The position numbers were made by a program, and so were the translations under genes. From Octopus sinensis (lineage: Eukaryota), in the NCBI RefSeq assembly GCF_006345805.1, contig NC_042999.1, forward strand, positions 107,942,001-108,006,000: a stretch of 64,000 nucleotides of DNA. Direction: 5' to 3'. Each line of letters opens with the position of its first letter. Position 1 is the first letter of the stretch. This document shows positions 53,924 through 64,000 of this stretch, piece after piece. The notes under the pieces were generated by a model. The model did not search any database. It was given only the letters and a program-made list of their open reading frames with translations, and had not been told where the DNA came from.

Positions 53924-54042
53924 CTTACATCCTCAAGCATTTGATGAGTTTTATTAAACTTTGTTTACAGAGAGAATTGATTTGGTCATTGATTAGCAAT
54001 GATTGGAAACAAAATAATGCTTCAAGCCCAGATGATAAACAG
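53924..54042 (+). pseudogene. TRAPPC9-like exon (YILKHL...LIWSLISND...DDKQ)
   Basis: catttttctttag|119 nt open|gtttta; ILKHL ~ VLEHL, LIWSLISND ~ LQWDVLVDG. Confidence 0.55.
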
Positions 54043-54807
54043 GTTTTATTTTTTGATAAAGCAATTGACTAATGATACAACTATAATTTCATATCCTTTG
54101 TATTAAAGTTAATTAAAATGTTTATGTTCCAAAGTAGAAAACATTTCATAAAAATTCTATATTACATCAAAAAGAAACCCTTTTCTTGGATCTTTTATGC
54201 AATAATAGATTTGATAAGTTGTTCAGATAAAACATATTCTATGAAAGCAATTTCATTGCACTCTAATTCTACAATATTTCGATAAATATTACTATTTTCA
54301 GTGCTTCCTTGAAGCATAAAAATTATTCAAGAAATGACAAGCTAAAAGTCCATAGTGTTGTATGAGCAATTTGTTTTCTTAAAGTTTTCAGTTATCTTTC
54401 TTTTATTCAAAGTAGTTTGCTTGTTGTGATTTCAATGTCCCTATTGTATTTTACATTTGAAAGCTATTAAAATTTTTTCATTCAACCACATTTCTCTCCC
54501 CCCCCTCTCTCTCATTCTTTTTCTTCTTTCTCCAAGACAAAGTAAATGGATTTCCAATCCATTTGAAGACCTGAAATAATGGCAAGATTTCTTATACAAT
54601 GATAATTAATAGAATAGACATAGTATTAGCTAAAGTTTTTAAATAGCTTTATCTTTTGGATATTTCCTGCTGTGAGAATATGTAGTAGATGTGGTCTCAG
54701 TAGTTTTACCAATAACTAAAAACATATATTCTATTTTATCTCAAGGTTTTATTGTCTTTTTTTTTGTCAAATTCATTATATTGATTAAAATTTATTGTTG
54801 ATTAAGC

Positions 54808-55035
54808 TTGAAGCAAATTTGGAATATATTTTTAATCAAATGGAGCTTCTGCATAACTGTTCAACCTGATAGCTATAGTATAACCTTCCTCAGATTTTAC
54901 TCAACTATTTTAAGAAGGAAGGACATACTGAACAATGCTGCCCTGGATTGGATTGTCATAACTGGAATCCCTTTAAACTTTGGATATTTAAACTGGTCAT
55001 ATCTGGTCCAAAATATTTTACCCGTTTTGTGTTAA
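54808..55035 (+). pseudogene. TRAPPC9-like C-terminal segment (ITVQPDSYSITFLRFYST)
   Basis: Track ORF 54808..55035; similar to [21 protein letters not shown], and in the expected order. Confidence 0.4.
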
Positions 55036-58000
55036 AACCAGCTAGATCCAGCCTCATACTCCTGCACCTTGTAAAAAAGCACCTGTGTTGGTACCACATA
55101 AAAAACACCCAGTATGCCCTGTAAAGGGCATCGATTTGTAAAACCCATGCCGAAACAGATGACTGGTGCAGCTCTGCAGCATGTTAGCTCCTGTTAAACC
55201 ATCCATCCCATGCCAGTGTGGAAAACAAATGTTAAATGATGGTAACGATGATGACATCATTGAAATTTTGAAACTACAAGGTAGTGTGTGATTAATTCAA
55301 AACAGTGTGAATAAATATACATTACATTTGCTAGAATAATCTGAATGCTTAAGGGCTAATCATAGGCCTGCTCAATCTGTGTTGAACTGGAGCTAATATT
55401 AAATGTGCAGATGTAGTGAGTATATATGAGAGGAGATAATGTGAGAACCATTTGGATTTTGAATAATGATTCTTCATCAACATTTTGGTGTAACATTAAC
55501 TATACTAATTAATATCATTTCAGTCTTCATATCAGTTTAATAGACAACTTGTAAAACCTGCAGAAATTCCACAGGTTTTGTTAGTGTACACTGAGAATTT
55601 TAGTTCTCTGTTGTTATTGGAATCATGGAAGTGGTGAAAAATGACAAGGTGTATGTGTGTATGTGTGTGTGCGTGAGTGCATGTGTGTATGTATATGTAT
55701 GAGAAAGAGAAAGATAGAGAGGGAAACAGAGAGGAAAGAAATGATAAATGTTAGTTGATTTGGTAATAGTGGAAGAAAAGAGAAAAAAAAAAGAAACAAA
55801 ATGAGATGCCATTTAATTTATATACATATATAATCTCTTTCTTTCTCACACACACACACATGATGTATATATTCATGCACTAAGAACTGTAATAAGTTTA
55901 TTGTGGAGGGATGATGTTGGTTGGCTACTCGTTAATGGAGGAAGCAGTCGTGGTTTTTGTAAGTAGTAAAGAACTGATGGCAAACTATTCTTGCAAAGTG
56001 AAATTAAAAAAAAAAAATCCTGCATGATTTAATGTATGTACCTTAGTGCAAACAATTGTTGTCGCTGCCACCGAATGCATTGATCATAATCAATAACAAA
56101 CAAACAAACAGTTGTCACAAACAACAAATAATCATCACCAACAACACCATTCCATTTACCATTATTATCTCTTTTATATTCCCCCCTTTTTTCTCCAGCT
56201 TTCTCTTTCTCTCCTTTGAATTACTTCCCTTAGAGTGATGCAAAAGTTAGTGGGGTAAGAATGTACTGTCATGTTTATAGAAGTTCTGTGCTTTGTTAGA
56301 TTGGTTTGCTATACAACACCTGTCTGTGTGTTCTTTATTATTTCATCCTTAAGACCTAACTTAAATCTTATCTTAAATCTTCCTGAGTTTAACTCTTACC
56401 CTATATTTTATTAATTACAATGCACAGATAAGGAGAATAGGCCCACTGAGGAGAATGACGTATACAAATATAATATTTAAAGGTTGCTATGTGAATGATT
56501 GAAGTAAATAAGATGCTTGACAACCGAATAAAAGATTTAGCTCAAATTCAGCTATTCACTGAAGTTACTACCTATATACAACAATAATTTTGGTGCCACT
56601 TTTATCCCCAAGAATTACTGTCATAAACAGTACTTCAAAACTCAAGCCAAGAAGCTTAAGTTTTAAGGTTTAAAACTTAATCTTGTTGATCAACCATCTG
56701 GGAAAAGAAACTAAATTTCCAGTGGGATCATGCAGTATTAGATATGAAATGTCTGAAAATAAACCAGAGTGATCATGTCTAGAAAACAATCAGGATTGAC
56801 TTGGGGCTAAACAACAGCAGGAGCATGCATTAAAACCCATCGATAGGGAAAATATCCATCATTTTGACCTCATATTTGAGTAATTGAGTAAAACTCCTAA
56901 TTCTATCAATAAAAGCAAGGATAAATCAGTGAGGGAGACCTCTATTGGAATAACAGATAAATCACCCTCAAAATATACCTCACATTCATCATCATCAAAT
57001 TTTAAAGTCCATCTCTCATATTAGCATGGTTTGGATGGTTTCATAAGCTCTCACAGGTCTGAGAACTACATTGTCTTCCAGTGTCTACTTTGGCTTGCTT
57101 TCTATGGCTGGATGCTCTTCCTAATGCAAACTGCCTTACATACCATATTGAGTGCTTTTTTTGGCTGCCATGTAGCTCACAAGTCTAAGATTCCTTTAAA
57201 TGCTGGGAGGGTGGAGTAGGAGAGTTACATTGAATATTGTAATTCTAGCTGCTGAAAGCTTGAAAAATACAGCTGAGGTGCTTATGGCTAAAATGCTTTT
57301 GGCCAAGGGCCATTGAGGATTGGTCTGAGGTTAAGAAAAATCATAATAATAAAGAATTAATAACTTTATCTGAGATTTGTGATCTTAAAAGAGACACTTG
57401 AAAAGTGAGATAACATTGAAAAGGTTTAGTGTAATGTAGAGTTCAAGGTGAAAGCTTTTTTTTTTCTTTTGCGAATGACACAAATCATTCTCTTGGTTTT
57501 CTTTCTTTCAATCTAACCTCTGAAGATCTTATGTATGAATTCAAGATAGGCAGTCTGAAGTATGTGTGTGTGTGTGTTAGTTTGTAGAGGAAGGTTGAGT
57601 TAGTATCTAGGGCTGTGGTTCTCAAACACTGCTCTGTGTTATGCTTGTGTACCACAAGGTATTGTAGGGTCATTAATTTTTAAAATACCATTTTAGCTTT
57701 TAGAAACATTATTAATGTTTGGATATCATGATGAACAAGTTATTCATATATCTTTGAGGTACACAAGATTATTAAACAAAATATGCAATGGTTTTCTTTT
57801 TATAAATTTTAAACATTTTTTAAAACAACTTTATTTTAACTATCTATGTGAAGTGTGCAAGTAATTTTAACTTTCCATTCAAAGTGCACCATTGATTTTT
57901 ATCATCAATATACTACCAAACATATATACTACCAATACACACACACACACACACACACACATTACCAACACGTACATAGTGGCTGAGTTCCTTTCAAACA

Positions 58001-58874
58001 CTGGGCCTGACAGAGGCAAAGAGGCTGAGTTAAAATTCCACCGAGGTCGACTTTGCCTTTCATCCTTTCAGGGTCGATTAAATAAGTACCAGTTACGCAC
58101 TAGGGTCGATATAATCGACTTAGCCCGTTTGTCTGTCCTTGTTTGTCCCCTCTGTATGTAGCCCCTTGTGGGCAGTGAAGAAAGAACAAATTGTTGGAAT
58201 AGATGTGGATCCCACAAGATGTAGTGTGGTGTACTCTTTAATCTTGCTGAAGATATCCTCTCAAGTGCTGCTTGTTCCCCCTACCATTGCTTGACCACCG
58301 ATGTTAGTGTATTTACGTTCCTGTAACTTTGCAGTTCAGCAAAAGAGATCAATAGAATAAGTACTAGGCTTACAAAGAATAAATCCTGGGGTCGATTTGT
58401 TTGACTAAAGGCAGTGCTCCAACATGGCCACAGTCAAATGACTGAAACAAATAAAAGAATAAAAAAAGAATATGCATCAGCTAGAATGCTAGGTTTCCTT
58501 TGTTGCTGTGTTAACACAGAGTTTTGAGATACTGTGAAACCTACTCACCTAATGCCATCATGGAAAGATAAATGTAAATGGTGATGATAATGCTGATGTT
58601 GAATGATTTTCTCTGTATGATCAACTGAACAAACCTCAAAGTGTTGAATGAATTCATGTGTAAATTTATATTAGTTTACTATCATCAATCAGGAATAGTG
58701 TATTGTAATGTGATTCTTATAGTTTAGCATAGTTAACTTCTGGAACAAACTTTTTCTTCTGTTATCTTTTAAGTATGATGTTTTATCTTATGCAATCTAG
58801 AAATTGCATTGAACTGAATTAGACTCAGATGTAAATTACACAGACCTTGTCCACTACCACACATTCTATATGCC

Positions 58875-58905
<31 letters not shown>

Positions 58906-59005
58906 CATATACATATATATATACATATACATATATACATACATATACATACATATACATATATATACATATATATATATACATACATACATATACATAT
59001 ATACA

Positions 59006-59082
<77 letters not shown>

Positions 59083-60379
59083 GTTCAGAGATTTTCTTTC
59101 AGATCAGAGTTCTGGTTTTCTAATTGACCAAACCCTTTGCTGGAATTGCATTTTGACATATTTCCAGATATAAGAAAACAGCTGTTCAGCTTTTAACTAA
59201 CTCATTATCAGTAAAATAAGTAAATGTATTTGTTGTAATATGATACAATGTGTTACAAATAATATTAAAAGTCAAAAGAAAGACTTATATGCTCATCACC
59301 TTTGAGCATGATTTAAATAATGATGATCTTGGCAGTGAGTAGTTGATTCAGAAATAGAATTTTAAGTGTAAAAGTAGATCATTAACTTTTAGTATATTCA
59401 ATCAAAAGGCAGTGGCTATGTGATTTTTCCTTAATTAATTTCACCTTGTTGAGTATCTTGTCTTACATTTCTTGGAAATATTTTATTTCTCTCAGACTGC
59501 CAAAGAATTGCCTTCTTATTGCTGTTAACCTTCAATTTTTTATTTTATTTTATTAAAAGCTTTTTTTTTTTTAATTTCCTTACCATATGCTACTCTGCTA
59601 CTCATCTGTATTTCTTGTATTAGAAAGAGAAGAAATATATTCAAAATTACCCTATTTTTTTATCCAGTGTTTTACTTATGTAACAAGTTACTGTTTCATT
59701 TTGTTATTTTATCTATGTGTTTCTGAACAGCATTTAAAAAAAAATGTGAGCTAGGTATCTTTTTTCTTTTTTATGTTGCTGAGTGACTTAGAGAAATTTG
59801 AATAATGCTAATGATGGAACAATAGGATAAAGGAAAAGACAACAAAAAGTCTTAATGTACCTAATTCTCATGAATATTTTTAACAATAACAATGATGCAA
59901 AAAAATATTGAAGGAAAGAAATTTAGTGTGAAGAGAGACAGAAAAGCTTTCTAATGTCTATTTCGTTTTTCCCAGAGAGAAACCGTTATATTTATATTTC
60001 TTATAAGAATAATAAGAATGATATTTTACCGATGTTGGTGAGGTTTTTTTATGTGTAAAGTTTTAGGATAACTGAAAGCAAAAATATATCCACAATCTAC
60101 AACGGAGTTATACAAAGGCTGAAGCTCTGCAAACAGTTGGGCATGAATAGAAAAACCATTTCTATGAAGTGCAAGTGTGAAGAATAGCAAATACATATCT
60201 CTGTTAGATTAATATTTTCCAAAATATGCTTGGTCAACATAGATCAGTTGAAGGCAGTATGGTGATGCAGCTAAACTCAAATACAGTACTGGATTAGTCA
60301 AGGCCTGTGACTAGGCAAAATGTAGGTGGAATGCTGCATTTCTTGTTCAGTATCTGCAGCCGCTTTTGGCTATGAATTT

Positions 60380-61030
60380 TGTTAATAATGGTGATATGAA
60401 ATATTCAAGTATACTATCATCATCAATTTTATGCTCCCCCCCCCTAGTTCAGTGTCTCTCAGCTTGATGCAGTCTTTTGTCACATCTTTCCAAAAATTTA
60501 ATACATTGAAATTAGCTTTTACCAATTCTTCCCATATATTTCTTGGTCTTCCTTTTCTACAGGCTCCCTTCTCTGGATCCATTAAAATGTCTTTATCCAA
60601 GGGTTGTCCACATCACATTTCCATATGTGTACAATTTTCTCTTTTGTGCATTACATTACACTTCTTCATATCCAGTTTTACACCCTCGCACACAATGTGT
60701 AATAGTTGTATTCTGTATTATTAAACACAACTATTACACATTTCAGTGAAGCATGCTCATTGCATGTCTATCTTGCCATCTCACACTCCACATTCAGTAT
60801 CTATATTTCATTGCTATGCAGTATCCTGCTTTATACAAAAAAAAAAGATCATACAGACTGTCTTCCACTCTCATAAAGAATCTCTTTGATGTAAACAAAG
60901 GTAGCTGATTCCTAAACATTTCCCTTCCCTATCCTTGCTCTGGTTACCATGCTTTCACAGTACCCACCTTTACTGCTAATTAAGTTAAATCAGTAACAAA
61001 ACCTGTCATCTGCTCCTGCAGAGTCTCTTG
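60380..61030 (-). mobile_element. Old RTE LINE 3' remnant
   Basis: GACRKGRPRNIWEELVKANF motif (track ORF 60382..60600). Confidence 0.65.
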
Positions 61031-62249
61031 GGTATTAAAAGAATTCATATCATACATACACTTGCCGTTAACTACTCCCATGCATTTTCACTTTGCTGTC
61101 AGCCTGCTTCTGATTCCTCTTCATTTCCATTGAATGTACCCATAAGTTTACATAGAGTGCATACTGTAGAATTTCTGCCTCTTCCTTTTCTACATATTGT
61201 GCATGGCCATTTCCCATATAACACTAGAGTTGTTTGTTTTCCTTATGACTCAGACATTTGTCTTTGCTAGGTTTACATTTCCTTATTGACAGTTATACTT
61301 ACTTGTTTTATCATACCTTGCCTTTATTTAGTCAGTGACTTGATGCTAGTGCGATAATAACAATAATAATGATGATGATGATAATGATCATAATAATAAT
61401 AATAATAGCTCTTTTATTTACATACATGATCTGTAAAGAGGAAATCTGCAATCTGGGAAAACTGATAGGGTTGGGGTTTTGTGTCAGCAATAATGATAAT
61501 AATCAGTCCATTGAAGTTTGTACAGGCCATTCAAGTTTTAGTAACAATGAAGTAAGTAAACTTATTGAGACCTACAAGCTTTTTTTAGATTTAAGCGGTC
61601 AGTAGTTTGACTAGTGCTATTTAATGAAATAGAGCCTTGAAATATAATAATACTTGGTTTGGCTAAATCAAATGTGATTCATAGATTTAGTGTTGTTTAG
61701 CCTCCAAGTTTGCTCTGATTAAATGAATTCCTAGTCAAAGACTTTATTGTCACAACCATCCTGTCTTCTTTAGAAGTACATTATATCTGGGAGTACATTA
61801 CCTGATGTGTCCATCTATTTTTATTTTTAAACAGTAGAATACAATTTGGGAGAGACATTTGACTGATATTTCTAGCAGGCTGGCTGACCATATGGAGGCT
61901 TGTTTGTTGGTTCAGCTAGATTTGTTTTATCCCCTATTTTCTATTATGGTGCTCACTACTTGTAGTAACTGATTTTCATTTATATAAATATTGATTTTTA
62001 ACTTAGGTTTAAGTTGCTGATACTGAGCCCAGTATTTACCTGGAACATATTAACCCTAGATGAAAGAAAAGCAAAGTCAGTCTTAGCAAGTCACTCAGAA
62101 TCTCAAGTGACTTAAGTAAACATGGTAAAGCATTCTCTTTGAACACTCCACTATTTGTGCATTGATATAAATATTATTAAAACATCTCTGTAAAACACAG
62201 AATAGTCACTACTCTGTGAGAAATAGTGATTATTTCATTGCGAGAATGA

Positions 62250-62740
62250 AACATGGCATGACAGATACTAAGTACATAGAGTCATTGTGGGCTTGTAACT
62301 GTGGTTGGTGAATGAAAGTTTGATAATCACTACAAAATTACAGTGTTTGATTGCATGTGGATAACACTTGTATAAAGGAGGTGTGAAAGGTACTGTCATC
62401 GACACAGGAGTGTTTATTATTAGTTGTGAAAGTGATAAGGTAATTAATATATTACAAGAAGATTGCTGTATTGCAATAATAGGTAAATAGCTTTCAATTG
62501 GTGATGGTGGGTAACTTCCCCAGGTTTTGTAAATGGTGTTCTTTAACAGTTCAGCTGTAACATTTTAGCTAACTTAAAGTATTTGAGGGTATAAGGTTGA
62601 ATAGTTGATGTGCAGTAAGAATATATTAGGTGGGTTGCTTTGATTAGGCTCTCGTTAAATGTTCCAGTGGAGATTAAGAATATTATAGTAAGGCTAAGGT
62701 TATGTTTGGAGGTATCAAAAGATTGGAAAGATTTGAAAAT
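62250..62740 (-). mobile_element. Very old LINE RT remnant (CR1/Jockey group)
   Basis: Minus strand: SFDTSKH ~ AFDRVWH; YINYLITFTTNNKHSCVDDSTFH ~ FINDL...HSYADDSTLH. Confidence 0.55.
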
Positions 62741-64000
62741 TTTTCAGCTGTAAAAAGAAAAAGAAAAAAAGCTAGTTAGGCTTCCTCCTTTAACTTCATG
62801 AAACAATGGAGAATATTGTTGTTACTCTATAATGCCATAAATTTAATTAGGATGCACACATTTTGAAATGGTCATAAAACTCGTAAATTAAGATCATATG
62901 ATGTGATAAATCTCTATTCTGTTGTGTTATAGTTTAATTGAATTTCCTTCGTTTTCTTTAAAAGGTTACATCTCACTTTCTTTTAGTATATCTTAATCAT
63001 AAATTTAATTTCTAAAAAGGTTTTTGTCAGCATGAATAAAAATTAGGGGAACTTTTCAATGAGCTTTTTCTATGCTATCACTGGCTACAGCTTTAGTTAG
63101 CTGGCTAGATAACCAATCTTATTTAAGGTATTTAAATTTCCTCACTTTGCAATGAATGTACTGGAATAATGATATAAGTTAATAATAATTTAATGGCTTA
63201 GTTTAGAAAAAGTTAGGTGACAGGATCGAAATGTTGTTAACTATAAAACTTCCTTTTAGATATTTTTAGCTTCCCATTGTGTTATAACCATGTTGTAATT
63301 TAAATCTATCCTCACTATTTATCGTCTATTAATCCTGCATACCCAGAAGGACATGTTAAGTGACAGCATTGTAAGGTTGGGAGTGGTAAAAACTTCCTTT
63401 TGAGATATTTTTAGATCTTCATAGAGTTATAACAATCTTGTGATTTAAAGATAACCTCATTATTTATTGTCTATTATTCTTGTGCACCCAGTTTACCCTC
63501 ATAATCCAATGATGAATTACATTTAGTGTTCAGATGTTTTGGTTTTAAAGAAATTTAAAACTGTATTTAGTGCTAAAATTTATTTCTTCTAGAAGCTGTC
63601 AGGAGTCTTTAGAATTGCTACAAAATGGAAGATAGTAGGATTATACATTTCATTTTCAGGATGACTGCACAATATCCATTTAAATTTATTTAAACATCCA
63701 TTCTTGTATACTGCTAGGTTTGTAATACAACATCTCAGCATGTATTACAGTTTTTGTTTCATCTTGTTCTCAAACCAGTGCATTAAAGCTTACCACACCT
63801 CCTCTGAAATTTCTCAGCTATTAATGCATAGCACCTTTTCTCTCAATATGTATCTACTTGTACACATCATCTAGCACTCAACAATATATTTATTTCATCT
63901 CATATGTGTTCAGCCTTTCTCGTAAATAAATTTTACACATTCAGTTGAGTATATATACCTAACTTATCTAGAATCTTTGTTGGTCATTTACAGTCCATTG

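Larger units (their letters stand above)
5432..55035 (+). pseudogene. TRAPPC9: Highly divergent, intron-containing TRAPPC9/Trs120-like pseudogene (or decaying paralog)
   Basis: About 20 AG/GT-flanked segments align co-linearly by eye to human TRAPPC9 (recalled), several joining in compatible phase. In-frame stops (e.g. 27849, 30582, 30627, 39473) and frame disruptions (~15720, ~29770, ~38330) fall inside homologous blocks. Confidence 0.75.

Noticed and set aside
1-64000. CRISPR arrays, operons or other prokaryotic systems
   Set aside because: The sequence is eukaryotic intronic/intergenic DNA; the repeated motifs are dispersed SINEs, not regularly spaced direct repeats.

Overview
AT-rich, repeat-dense animal genomic DNA. 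The SINE families, (TA)n tracts and RTE/CR1 LINE remnants look like octopus (coleoid cephalopod); this assignment comes from recognising the repeats, not from a search. No intact protein-coding gene is evident, and nearly all ORFs in the supplied track are microsatellite or repeat artefacts. The main non-repeat signal is a chain of about 20 short, AG/GT-flanked segments on the + strand from ~5.4 kb to ~55 kb. By eye these align co-linearly, N- to C-terminus, with TRAPPC9/Trs120 (human sequence recalled from memory; best motif LILMDEQTGFERKEA vs [15 protein letters not shown]). The copy is very divergent and carries several stops and frameshifts, so it is best read as an intron-retaining TRAPPC9-like pseudogene or decaying paralog. 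Several of its exon segments sit in local tandem duplications. The rest of the window holds at least three SINE families, CR1/L2-like and RTE LINE fragments, a Tc1 transposase relic, mariner and hAT MITEs, a nested fold-back element, a Penelope-like remnant with a hammerhead-like motif, a 100-N gap and a noisy (TA)n block. All alignments were done by eye and need computational confirmation.
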